Positions 39,849 to 49,683 of a stretch of DNA of 64,000 nt are shown in pieces. The DNA lies in IMG/VR virus record IMGVR_UViG_3300001782_000005, positions 124,001 to 188,000 of that record; one strand, given 5' to 3'. Position numbers and translations under genes: made by a program. How positions within the stretch are numbered: the stretch's first letter is position 1; each line of letters begins with the position of its first letter. The notes under the pieces are model-generated. The model was not told the DNA's origin. It worked only from the letters and a program-made list of their open reading frames with translations, and did no database searches.

Positions 39849-41840
39849 ATGTACAATGGAGAAGAAACAGTATGGGTTAATCAAAAGGAATTTCAGTACA
39901 AAGATGTAGAATATGGTTCAGCTTCAACAATGGATATTTCAACTTCAATTAATACGAAAGATTTCAAATATTTTTCACAGGTGACTCTAAACATCTCAAT
40001 TACTTCAGATTCGGATAGAAGTAGGAGAAATTGTAATTTAAATATTAATGATGTTAGGAGTTTGTTCAACTCTTTCTTAGAGGTTTCAAGAGATTATAAG
40101 GCCGCTTATGAAAAAGAAGAACCATTCAAAATCTCAAATAAATATGGTAATAAATACCTTGAGATTATGTATAAACTTTCAAGAACTCAAGTAAGATGTG
40201 TCGTGTTAACTATTATCCACAGTGAGAATGATTATGGTCAAATAGTAATTCCTTTAGAAGAATTTGAGACAATAGTTCATATATTCTCATTGTTTCGTCA
40301 TAGTTATCACATATTTAGAAAAGAACTCAAAGATCAAATCATTAATCATAAGATAGTTGAAAATACTTCAGCAATGGAAAGAGCTATTAGGACTTTACCT
40401 TCCTCAATTTCCACATCTCAGGTAGAATTTCCAAGTTTTAATATTGAAACACCAATCGAGTCTACTGAAGAGCAGAATGATTTTGAGAAATATGTTAAAG
40501 ATGAAGAGGTTCTAGAAAAACCTCTTCCGGAAGAAAAGAGGATAGAACAACAACAAGAGGTAGAGGCACCTCCAGAAATAAATAGTGAATTTATTCGTGA
40601 TGTTTTAAAGTTGGATATGGGAAATTATGAGAGATTACTTGCAGCAGCATCTGGAGAGTATAATACAACTGAGGCGATATTAGAAAGGTTAAAAGAAACT
40701 ATAACACAATCTGAAGATTATGAATTTTTGCCGGGAATATCTGAGAGTGATTATAAATCTGCTCTATATATTTCAAGGTTTAATTATTTAACTGGATTCA
40801 AATTATATTCCAGAGATAAAATTCAAATTCCAACTTCTATCGCTCCGATTAAATATAGACCCGATAAATCCAAAGTTCAAGATTTAAACGTTGAAGTAGC
40901 TTATGATCTATTGACAATAAGTGCTTTTGTAAAATGTTTAGTTCAGAAACTAGGTCAAAAGATTGCAGATAGTCAGAGTAATAAATCACTATTCTATTAT
41001 GCACATAGGTGCTTTACTGATATTTTATGCTTTAGTTTTCTGACTGATGTGGAAGGAAGTATTGTAAAGAATTGTGTAATGACAAGATTTCGAGATTATG
41101 AGAAGATAGGATTTTTCAAGCAATATCAAGATCTTCTTCTTGTAAATAATTGTACTTCTGTCGTTGAGCAGGATATACAGTCATTTCTGGATCTTTTAGT
41201 TGAGAAGGTTTTACCTGCTGAGCTCTATATTAATAATTTACATAATAAACTCCATGAAGATAAATTATTGCTACCTGCTACAAATAAGGTTAGTTTAGAA
41301 CAAATTACAAATGAGGTAGTTAAGATTAACGTTCTTCATTTTGTTAAGGAATTGAATGTTTATGAGATTGATTTAGCACAACTAAATCAGACTATTAATA
41401 TGCAAATTCCTCCTGAGTTATTTGATTTATTACGTGCTCCGAAAAGTTTGAGAAAACCGGTGGAGAAGACAAAATATAACTCTAATCTCCATTGGTATTT
41501 TAATAAATATCAAGGTGACCTTCCAAAGGGTCATGAAGATAAATTAATTAGTTATTTTGAACAACTTGGAGATAATGATTTTCCATTTGATAATCCTCCT
41601 ATAAATTTGGAAGATTTAGAGGAGAGATATATACGAGCAATATATCATCATAATAGTTTGGAGAAGGATCAGAGGAACTTAAAACGAAATGACTTTATCA
41701 CGTATGTTCATGAAGAATGTACTATGTCGAAAAGGAATATTCTTGATATATATAAGGCCAAAGAAGAAGAAGAAGAAAAAGAATTGAAAAAAGATATAGT
41801 TGAAGATTTTGGTGCTATGTTGGAGGCCATGGAAGAATAG
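39849..41840 (+). CDS. Large hypothetical protein; N-terminus possibly a Whirly/PC4-like ssDNA-binding fold; acidic tail
   Basis: Start reassigned to ATG 39849 (AAAGGAG RBS); two strands-then-helix units; EEEEE...MEE end. Confidence 0.45.
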   Translation: MYNGEETVWVNQKEFQYKDVEYGSASTMDISTSINTKDFKYFSQVTLNISITSDSDRSRRNCNLNINDVRSLFNSFLEVSRDYKAAYEKEEPFKISNKYGNKYLEIMYKLSRTQVRCVVLTIIHSENDYGQIVIPLEEFETIVHIFSLFRHSYHIFRKELKDQIINHKIVENTSAMERAIRTLPSSISTSQVEFPSFNIETPIESTEEQNDFEKYVKDEEVLEKPLPEEKRIEQQQEVEAPPEINSEFIRDVLKLDMGNYERLLAAASGEYNTTEAILERLKETITQSEDYEFLPGISESDYKSALYISRFNYLTGFKLYSRDKIQIPTSIAPIKYRPDKSKVQDLNVEVAYDLLTISAFVKCLVQKLGQKIADSQSNKSLFYYAHRCFTDILCFSFLTDVEGSIVKNCVMTRFRDYEKIGFFKQYQDLLLVNNCTSVVEQDIQSFLDLLVEKVLPAELYINNLHNKLHEDKLLLPATNKVSLEQITNEVVKINVLHFVKELNVYEIDLAQLNQTINMQIPPELFDLLRAPKSLRKPVEKTKYNSNLHWYFNKYQGDLPKGHEDKLISYFEQLGDNDFPFDNPPINLEDLEERYIRAIYHHNSLEKDQRNLKRNDFITYVHEECTMSKRNILDIYKAKEEEEEKELKKDIVEDFGAMLEAMEE

Positions 41841-41851
41841 GAGAATCGTGA

Positions 41852-42463
41852 ATGGGATTAACTTTAGGAAAATCTCTTGATCGTTGTTTCAGTATGAGAT
41901 TGCCATTTCTCGATGGATATTATAATATAGGTGTATTTTTTAATAAGAAATCTACTTTCTTACTATTTAAAGTTGATTCTGATTTTCCTAAGGGAGATAG
42001 AAGCGTTCATGGTATAAAGATAAATATGTTTAAAAATATTGAATCATCTAAATTTTGTGAAACTTTTTTGAGTTTACACAGTTACCGAGGAGATAATCTA
42101 GATATATTAAATCAATTTGATTCGATCAGAGATGAATATTACTCGGAAATAAATTTTATCTTGAATGAGACAATAGTTCTTTCAAAAGTCAAAACTGGAG
42201 AAAAAACATTTTTTGATCAACTAATGATATATGGTTTTACTCTCTCTGCATTTCAATCGGAGATAATTTTTCTTCTAGCTGAGAGGCAGAACATTGTTAG
42301 GCGTTTTAGTAAGAAGATCGTGAGAACGACGGGTATCCAAATTGCTACGACTTCAGCATTAGAGATGATAAATGAATTTCACGAAGATTTTAAGGTAGGT
42401 GGTAAAGTGGGGCTAGAACCAAAGTTCCCAATAGATGAGGTAATAAAACTAGAGGAAGAATAA
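41852..42463 (+). CDS. Hypothetical protein
   Basis: ORF with AGGAG RBS. Confidence 0.5.
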   Translation: MGLTLGKSLDRCFSMRLPFLDGYYNIGVFFNKKSTFLLFKVDSDFPKGDRSVHGIKINMFKNIESSKFCETFLSLHSYRGDNLDILNQFDSIRDEYYSEINFILNETIVLSKVKTGEKTFFDQLMIYGFTLSAFQSEIIFLLAERQNIVRRFSKKIVRTTGIQIATTSALEMINEFHEDFKVGGKVGLEPKFPIDEVIKLEEE

Positions 42464-43683
42464 TGCCTACTAAACCAGATAGATATGAGTATACGTTCAT
42501 ACACAATGTTTACGCTCACTTTTTTAGTTCTACTGCTGATTACTTTTCGAAGCATGTATGGCCCAGATTTCTGTGGGTAACCATTGGTACATATGATAAG
42601 GCAGTTGAGTACATTGCTAAAAAACAGCAAGAGGCAAGAGAAACAGACAAACCATTACTCCCTGCTCTCATTTTGAATCCTGCTGGCGATTGGAATGTAT
42701 CTGACTACGGCGGTAAACAATATTGGAGATTTCCAAACCTTCAACCGGGTTTTGTAGATAAGCTATTTGATCCTATCTATCAAGATCAGAATGTTTTGAT
42801 AACTCCCGCATTTACAAGGATATCTGGTGAGTTAGAGCTGATAATGCTCTTAAATTCATTTTATGAGTATTGTGATGTTAGAACTTTAATGCTACTTATT
42901 TTTGGAGGCATGGAAAGAATAATATATCCAAAATGGTTTCATAGTTTTATAATACTTCCAGAAGAACTAATTAATTATAGATATAACAATCCGGTTACTG
43001 GTGTTTCATATAATCTGAATTGGGAATCTGCTAATGCAAACCCAGAATTAGTCAAAAGCACTGCAAGAAATGAACTTGTAGTTCCGTGTAATATTAGACC
43101 GTGGTATAAATTAACTTCGATAAGTGATGCTAGCACAAAGTATGGTGGAGATAAACTTGCAGACTGGAGATTATCAGCACAGATTCAATATGAAGTTGAG
43201 TTGCCCACATTTTTAGTTATTAAATCTGATTACCTACTTGAAAATATTGAGTATGAGCTAAGGTATGGAGCAGTTTATACTGAATATGAAGATTATAATA
43301 ACCCCGCCAACAGGCAGTATTGGAGGACTAGTTGGGACTGGGGTCTTGATACTACTGCGTCTATGACAATTGATCTTTCTCTACTTCAGGAACAGGTTGA
43401 TATAGTAGAGGAAAAAGATTTTGTTTTCAAAACTAGATATTTTCATGTTGTAACCGCTGCTGAAGCAGATTCAACAGCTGATATTATAATTGATATGCCG
43501 GAGCAAATAACGGATGAAAAGAGGTTGATTGTAAATTCCTATGCCGGTCATTTAGATTACTGGGATCACTATGAATTAATTGATAATGGTACGAAATTAT
43601 TAATCAAAATTCCTCAAGTTAGACTTAGAGAGGGAGATGTTCTTGAATTATATGTATATGAGGTAACTTATGAAAATCCTTGA
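42463..43683 (+). CDS. Putative virion structural protein (tail-completion-like)
   Basis: 406 aa, beta-rich, LPALIL segment; weak assignment. Confidence 0.35.
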   Translation: MPTKPDRYEYTFIHNVYAHFFSSTADYFSKHVWPRFLWVTIGTYDKAVEYIAKKQQEARETDKPLLPALILNPAGDWNVSDYGGKQYWRFPNLQPGFVDKLFDPIYQDQNVLITPAFTRISGELELIMLLNSFYEYCDVRTLMLLIFGGMERIIYPKWFHSFIILPEELINYRYNNPVTGVSYNLNWESANANPELVKSTARNELVVPCNIRPWYKLTSISDASTKYGGDKLADWRLSAQIQYEVELPTFLVIKSDYLLENIEYELRYGAVYTEYEDYNNPANRQYWRTSWDWGLDTTASMTIDLSLLQEQVDIVEEKDFVFKTRYFHVVTAAEADSTADIIIDMPEQITDEKRLIVNSYAGHLDYWDHYELIDNGTKLLIKIPQVRLREGDVLELYVYEVTYENP

Positions 43684-44227
43684 CAAATATCTTGAAGGTT
43701 TGATGATAGGGCAAACTAATAAGGTAGAATTTGAAGTAGATGTCGCTGCTGGAGTTATAGTTCGTCTAGATGAGAATGGAGTTCCCGAAATTCTACTTAT
43801 TCAGAGAGCTAAAGAAGATCACTGGCCAAGTCATTGGGAGTTTCCAAGAGGAAAATGTGATCAAGGTTCAGATGAGAATTTATATCCTTGCCTAAAAAGA
43901 GAGATTAAAGAAGAAACTGGTCTTGATATAATTCCTCTTAGATTTATTGATCAATTTGAATATTTGGCTATGGGAGGTAAAAGAAAATCAACACAATATA
44001 ATTATCTTTGTAAGTTAGAAAAACCAGACCAGATAGTTAAGTTATCAAAAGAGCATCAAGATTATAGATGGGTAAGAACTGCTGGAGAAGTTGAACTAAT
44101 GGTTAACGCTGGTGAAATGAAAAGAACTCTTGTAAAAGTATTTGATTTTGACCATAGAATGGTTGCATATCCAGAAGATGGTTCAATTGAAAAAATTAAG
44201 GAATCGAAGAAAATTTGGGGTAAATAA
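43670..44227 (+). CDS. NUDIX hydrolase
   Basis: WEFPRG...E......REIKEETGL Nudix box; LS.EH..Y.W. Confidence 0.9.
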   Translation: MKILDKYLEGLMIGQTNKVEFEVDVAAGVIVRLDENGVPEILLIQRAKEDHWPSHWEFPRGKCDQGSDENLYPCLKREIKEETGLDIIPLRFIDQFEYLAMGGKRKSTQYNYLCKLEKPDQIVKLSKEHQDYRWVRTAGEVELMVNAGEMKRTLVKVFDFDHRMVAYPEDGSIEKIKESKKIWGK

Positions 44228-44700
44228 TGAAACTTACTATTAAGCAGGCTGGCCTATTCTTAACATTAACAGGGATTAAACCATTTAGGACTCCCGCTGT
44301 AGTTGATATATCGAAGGTAGACTTAAATACCCTTAGAATGGAATTAAAGCAGTATGGTGTGATAAACTATGAGATAGTTGAGGAGATAATTTCAGAATCA
44401 GTACAACCAAGGCGAAAACCTCAGAAGAATCCATTAGCAGAGAAAGTAGATGCAATATATAAAATGATGCAACAACTGATAGAGAGAGAACCAACGGTTG
44501 AGCATCACTACCATTCTGCTGTACAGACTTTAGATAGGTTAGTGGAGGAAAAATTTGATGAACCCGATGTAGAAGAGTTCATCCCCGGAATTGATATTAG
44601 TGATCTTAGTGATGTTGAATTAGATTATAGAACTGAACAGGCAGAAGATGTTATGGACGCAGCAGAGAAACTAAGGAAACTAAAAGGAGGAGATACATAG
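44227..44700 (+). CDS. Hypothetical protein abutting the actin-like gene (candidate adaptor)
   Basis: Ends at 44700 and the next gene starts at 44701; central helix and acidic C-terminal half. Confidence 0.5.
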   Translation: MKLTIKQAGLFLTLTGIKPFRTPAVVDISKVDLNTLRMELKQYGVINYEIVEEIISESVQPRRKPQKNPLAEKVDAIYKMMQQLIEREPTVEHHYHSAVQTLDRLVEEKFDEPDVEEFIPGIDISDLSDVELDYRTEQAEDVMDAAEKLRKLKGGDT

Positions 44701-45804
44701 ATGAGTGATGAAGAAAAGAAAGAGGAGATAGTTGAGCAGCCTGAGATAGTACCTCACCCGCCTCCACCTCGACCAGAGAAAAAAGATAATAGATTATTTA
44801 TTGGTCTTGATTGTGGGACAATGAATATCTGCTGTGCCAGAAATGATGTAGACCAGATTAGAATTACAAGAAATGTCTTTCTGCCAATTAGCGACGATTC
44901 TGTTTCAATGTCTGAGTTATCAAATATTAGCTATGTGAAATCAGATGATGGAGAATTGTTTATTATAGGAGAAGATGCGTTTAAATTTGCAAATATATTT
45001 GGTCAAGCAGTTTCTCGACCAATGGAGAAGGGTTTAATCTCTCCAAAAGAGATATCTGCAATTGATGTTCTCACATTAATAGTCAAAGATCTAATAGGTC
45101 CAGTGCAGAATAGAGATGTTTATTGTGCTTATAGTATCCCTGCTGAAGCGATTGACGAAACTAGATCTGTTATCTATCATACAAGAGTATTTGGTCGAAT
45201 TTTGGGTGCCCTTGGCGTCAATCATCGCCCAGTTAACGAAGGTGCAGCAATTATATACTCAGAGTGTAGTAAGGAGAGGTTTTCTGGAGTTGGAATATCT
45301 TTTGGTGCAGGTATGTGTAATGTTGCAATAATGTATAAGGGAGTGGAAGTTTTAAAGTTCTCTACTTCTAGAAGTGGGGATTATATTGATAATTCCGTTT
45401 CCGAATCTCTAAATATAGTTCCAAACAGAGTGACTTCAATAAAAGAAAGACGTCTTGATCTAACTAAAGGTTTTATGCAAGAGAAGGACAAAAAAATAAG
45501 GCGAGTTATTGAGGCACTTGAGTATTATTATTCTGCTCTTATAAACTATACAATAAAAAAGATAATTAATGAATTTAATGAGAAGGTTGACATTGAAGTT
45601 GACGAGAATTTGCCAGTTATTATATCTGGAGGAACGTCAATGCCGAATGGTTTTCTTGAGTTGTTTAAGTCTATGATATCTCAATATGAGTTGCCATTTG
45701 GTGTTAGTGAAGTAAGGAGGGCTAAGAATCCACTTACTTCTGTTGCAAACGGTTTACTTGTTTTAACTGTTGCTGATTTCTCAGGAACAAAAATAAAAAG
45801 ATAG
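44701..45804 (+). CDS. Actin-fold ATPase (MreB/ParM/MamK superfamily)
   Basis: Phosphate-1 IGLDCGT, connect-1 NEGAA, phosphate-2 SFGAG, adenosine ISGGTS, connect-2 NPLTSVANG. Confidence 0.85.
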   Translation: MSDEEKKEEIVEQPEIVPHPPPPRPEKKDNRLFIGLDCGTMNICCARNDVDQIRITRNVFLPISDDSVSMSELSNISYVKSDDGELFIIGEDAFKFANIFGQAVSRPMEKGLISPKEISAIDVLTLIVKDLIGPVQNRDVYCAYSIPAEAIDETRSVIYHTRVFGRILGALGVNHRPVNEGAAIIYSECSKERFSGVGISFGAGMCNVAIMYKGVEVLKFSTSRSGDYIDNSVSESLNIVPNRVTSIKERRLDLTKGFMQEKDKKIRRVIEALEYYYSALINYTIKKIINEFNEKVDIEVDENLPVIISGGTSMPNGFLELFKSMISQYELPFGVSEVRRAKNPLTSVANGLLVLTVADFSGTKIKR

Positions 45805-45816
45805 GAGGCAGTTACA

Positions 45817-46377
45817 ATGAAGTCAGATAAATTAGTAGACCTTGTACTTGACGGAAAGTACAATAAAGTTAAAGAAGCGGAGAGATTAGTAGACCAGCTA
45901 CTTGAGAGCTGTGGTAAGAAGCATGTAAAAGAAGGCGATGGTGGTGAAGAAGTTGAAACTGTGACTGGTACTGACGTTGGTGATGCATCAGGTCATCTCT
46001 CATCTGTTCCAAAAGAGAAGGAACAAAGAAAGGAAGAGATTGCAAAAGAACAAACTGACCTCGAACCGGCAAAAGAACCTGAGAAAGTAGAAAATGAACT
46101 GGATTCAGGTGACGTTGATCAGAATGTTGGGAGTTTAAAGAAAGATGTTAAAGCTGATGTCGCTAAAGAGGTAGAGGGTGCTCTCTCCGAGGCTAAAGAA
46201 CTTGGTCCAGAAGATTTCAAAGACTATTTTGAAGACCTGAAGAAAAAAGGCCTAACGGATGAAAAGAAATTATATGGAATGTTGAATCGAGCGAAAGAGA
46301 TTGCGAAGAATCAAGGGAAAGAGAATGACAAAAGAGCTATAACGGGGATTATGCAGGGATTCCTAGGTGGCAAATAA
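45817..46377 (+). CDS. Acidic, low-complexity protein (possibly internal head protein)
   Basis: E/K/D-rich; AGGAGG RBS. Confidence 0.45.
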   Translation: MKSDKLVDLVLDGKYNKVKEAERLVDQLLESCGKKHVKEGDGGEEVETVTGTDVGDASGHLSSVPKEKEQRKEEIAKEQTDLEPAKEPEKVENELDSGDVDQNVGSLKKDVKADVAKEVEGALSEAKELGPEDFKDYFEDLKKKGLTDEKKLYGMLNRAKEIAKNQGKENDKRAITGIMQGFLGGK

Positions 46378-46402
46378 TCGAACTCTCGAAAGGTTTTGAA
46401 AA

Positions 46403-47659
46403 GTGAAAAGAGCAAGATTTTCGAGGCAACCGGTAGCTAAACAGATAACTCCACTCGAACTAAGAATGTTTGGTCTTTCTGAAGATTCAATAAAATTAGT
46501 TGACAAGATAGAAGAATTGAGGTCAGACCCTCCGAATATTGTGATTGCGGAATGTCTGAAAACTGCTCATTTTATTCAAAATAAATTTAAGCAACAAGTT
46601 GTGAAAAAGAAAAGTAAATATGTAATGGGTTTGGGGGTATATGAGCAGTTAAAATTTGAACCAAAGATGAATGCCAAAATATTGAGACCCGCTAAAGTAA
46701 AATTTAAAAACATATATAATCCATATATAGGTCATGATCTTGAAGATGAAACCCTTATAGTATGGAGAACCGGGGGTATCGGCGACCTTTTATTTATCCA
46801 ACCAAACCTAAATTATCTCAAAGAAATATATCCAACTTGTGAAATCATTTTAGCCTGTGGTCCTCAGTATCAAGCAATGGTTGAAGATTGGCCAGCGGTT
46901 GATATGGTTCTTGATCTTCCTTTCCTATTTCAATACTTAATTAGAGCTGATTACCATGCAGTTTTTGAAGGAGTTATCGAAAGATGTAAAGAAGCACAAA
47001 CTACAAATGCATATGAGTTATTTACTAGATGGTTAGGTTTAGATCTCCCAAAAGATAGATTAGTACCTACACAAGATGTAAAACTAGACAAACTTGAAGA
47101 GTGTAAGAAGATTTTGGAAGATGAATGGAACTTAGAAGGGATAGATTTTATTATTATTCAATTAAGGGCTAGTTCTCCAATTAGGTCTCCAAGGTTAGGT
47201 CTTTGGGGAGATATAATAAATCGTTTGACTAAAAATGATCATGTGGTAATAATTACTGATGCACCTCATTATGCAAAAGAAATAGATTTTCTAATTGATA
47301 AATTTATAAAAGATAAAGATCTTGTGTTTAATTTTGCGCATCATTCAAAGAGTTTGGATTATACCATTGCTCTAACTTCATTAGCAAAGATGGCATTATC
47401 TACTGATACTGCTATGATGCACCTTGCTGCTGCTTTAGATATTAAAGGATTTGGACTTTATGGTCCTTTTCCTGGAGAAATAAGACTTACTACATATCCA
47501 AAAAGTCGTTGGATAAATGCTGAGTATCATTGTGCTCCATGTTTTTTACATGGCCATAAACCTTGCCCCGGTGCTGCTGCAGATGGAACTCCAAGATGCT
47601 ATGAGCAAATAAATTTAGATGAACTTATTGAAAGGATTGAGGAGTTGTACAATGATTAA
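46403..47659 (+). CDS. Glycosyltransferase family 9 (heptosyltransferase-like)
   Basis: GGIGDLL, DTAMMHLAAAL, LYGP, CAPC...C. Confidence 0.85.
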   Translation: MKRARFSRQPVAKQITPLELRMFGLSEDSIKLVDKIEELRSDPPNIVIAECLKTAHFIQNKFKQQVVKKKSKYVMGLGVYEQLKFEPKMNAKILRPAKVKFKNIYNPYIGHDLEDETLIVWRTGGIGDLLFIQPNLNYLKEIYPTCEIILACGPQYQAMVEDWPAVDMVLDLPFLFQYLIRADYHAVFEGVIERCKEAQTTNAYELFTRWLGLDLPKDRLVPTQDVKLDKLEECKKILEDEWNLEGIDFIIIQLRASSPIRSPRLGLWGDIINRLTKNDHVVIITDAPHYAKEIDFLIDKFIKDKDLVFNFAHHSKSLDYTIALTSLAKMALSTDTAMMHLAAALDIKGFGLYGPFPGEIRLTTYPKSRWINAEYHCAPCFLHGHKPCPGAAADGTPRCYEQINLDELIERIEELYND

Positions 47660-48482
47660 AATTGCAGTCACTATTCGTAATAGACTTGCAATTACTAAAA
47701 AGTGTATAGCAGCGATTAAAAAGCATTCAAAGATTCCCCACCAGTTATATTTATATAATAATTCAACTAATCATCTAATAAAGGAACATTTTGAATATGC
47801 TTATAATCTCTATAAGAATGGATTAGTAACGCAAATAACCTTCAATACTGATGCTAGTACATATAAGGCATTTAGTAAAGCATCTGCTCTAAATGCTTTT
47901 GGGTTAGCACATGAGCAAGACCCTGCTAAAGATAGTTATCATTTTTTAGTATTTCTTGATAACGATGTTATTGTTGTACCTGGTTGGGACCAAGTTTTTT
48001 ATGAAGGTTGGAAATTTGTTAATAATCAAAAATTGAGTAATATAAAAGTAATTGGCCAATTGCCAGGGGGGATTAAAGAAAGAAAAAATTTGAAAAGTCA
48101 AATTGCAGGATGTACTGCAGCGATGGGAAAGTTAGGCGGGTCTGGACTTTGGACTGTTAGGACAAACTTTTTTAGAGATATTGGATATTTAGATATAAAA
48201 CAATTAGTTGGACATAATAAACGCCATGACCAAATGTATTGGTCTTTAATGAATAGAAAGACTAATGGTAAGGAATATATTTTAGGTATTAGGAAAAAAC
48301 TTGGATACCATTGTGGTCCATTTGCTGGTTCCGTATGCAATATTCTCACGAAGCAAAAGGATAGCAAGATAAGTATGGAGGCAATAAAATTTAAGGAACA
48401 AGAGAAGAAAATCGAAGCAATGTCATTCGATGAATTTTATGAAAAGGTTATTACGGATCCAAGAGTTCAGCGAGGTTGGTAA
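47652..48482 (+). CDS. GT-A (GT2-like) glycosyltransferase
   Basis: RNRL..TKKC, FLDND DxD motif; start at ATG 47652. Confidence 0.75.
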   Translation: MIKIAVTIRNRLAITKKCIAAIKKHSKIPHQLYLYNNSTNHLIKEHFEYAYNLYKNGLVTQITFNTDASTYKAFSKASALNAFGLAHEQDPAKDSYHFLVFLDNDVIVVPGWDQVFYEGWKFVNNQKLSNIKVIGQLPGGIKERKNLKSQIAGCTAAMGKLGGSGLWTVRTNFFRDIGYLDIKQLVGHNKRHDQMYWSLMNRKTNGKEYILGIRKKLGYHCGPFAGSVCNILTKQKDSKISMEAIKFKEQEKKIEAMSFDEFYEKVITDPRVQRGW

Positions 48483-49402
48483 TGCAGAAAGCAGTCTTAA
48501 TGGGTCCTTTCATTGGGGAAATGGGGTGGGAATTGCTGAGGTTTGCTCCAATGCTTCCCTATATGAAGACAAAAAAGTATAAAGGTCAAAATGTAAAATT
48601 TATTGTTTTTACGAGGCCAGAGAGGTTTGACCTGTATGGTGTATGGGCAGACACTCTAGTGCCTCTTCGATTAAAGGGCGATTATCACAATTATAAACCT
48701 GAATGTTTCCGAGCAATAGGTTTTTCAGCTAAAACTTATAATAAACTTGCAGAATCTTTTAGGAAACAATTTTCTGCTAAATATAATATTATAGAACATA
48801 TATATCCAAAGATTACAAAACCTGCATATTTAAATAAGAATCAATATCCACAAAAAATTATGATTTATGATTACCGGCCTAGAAAGTCTAATAGAATTCT
48901 AGTTGGAAAGTATGTACCTAATGATAAACCAGTTGTTGTTTTGGGACCAAGATTTAGGAAGGGTTTCAGAAGAAATTGGCCTCATTGGCAGAAATTCTAT
49001 AGCATACTGTCAGCAAATAGTTGGTTAGTAAATAATTTTCATTTTGTGATTTGTGGAAAGGAACCTGAATATGTCCCGGATGAGCGACAGAGATTTTTCG
49101 ATATTAATAGTATCGAAAGGCATGAAAATAGCTCTCTTATTGGTCTTACTATTGAAACTATAAGAAGGTCAATGCTCGTTGTTGGGTCCCAGTCTGCTAT
49201 ACCAAATGTTGGCATGATATTAAGAGTTGAAGTTTTAGAGTGGGGTAATGAACCAAGAGAACATACAAAAACTTATAATGTCTTTAATACTAAAGTTAAC
49301 TTCATCACTGATAAATTTTATAAAACTCCGCCAGAGGCGATCATTAAAGACATGACGAAAATCCTGAAAAGAAAACTCAAAGAAGGAGCGAAAAATGAAT
49401 GA
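48476..49402 (+). CDS. Putative GT-B fold glycosyltransferase
   Basis: GPFIGEMGWE, RRNWPHW, VVGSQSA; context. Confidence 0.55.
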   Translation: MVMQKAVLMGPFIGEMGWELLRFAPMLPYMKTKKYKGQNVKFIVFTRPERFDLYGVWADTLVPLRLKGDYHNYKPECFRAIGFSAKTYNKLAESFRKQFSAKYNIIEHIYPKITKPAYLNKNQYPQKIMIYDYRPRKSNRILVGKYVPNDKPVVVLGPRFRKGFRRNWPHWQKFYSILSANSWLVNNFHFVICGKEPEYVPDERQRFFDINSIERHENSSLIGLTIETIRRSMLVVGSQSAIPNVGMILRVEVLEWGNEPREHTKTYNVFNTKVNFITDKFYKTPPEAIIKDMTKILKRKLKEGAKNE

Positions 49403-49682
49403 GAATGTTTGGTTAATTTCGAATAGAAAGAAGGTCAAAGCATTACTTCGCCAATTTGAAGAACACCGAATGAAGGGTTCTTATGGAGGAGATATAAATC
49501 TTGGTGAAGCAATCATGCTTACGAGTGGTTTAATAAACGAGATAGAAAGACTGAATAGAGAAAATGTGGAATTAAAGTCGAAACCAGAAGTAGATATTAG
49601 TAAGTTGAAAGCCAAAATTGAAACCCTTGAGATTGAGAATAAACACCTAAAGGGCAAGATATCGACTTTAAAGGGAGAATAA
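49395..49682 (+). CDS. Small coiled-coil protein
   Basis: Heptad-rich C-terminus. Confidence 0.5.
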   Translation: MNENVWLISNRKKVKALLRQFEEHRMKGSYGGDINLGEAIMLTSGLINEIERLNRENVELKSKPEVDISKLKAKIETLEIENKHLKGKISTLKGE

Positions 49683-49683
49683 A

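Noticed and set aside
39849-41840. Chimallin (phage nucleus shell protein)
   Set aside because: Only the size is similar; I recognise no sequence resemblance
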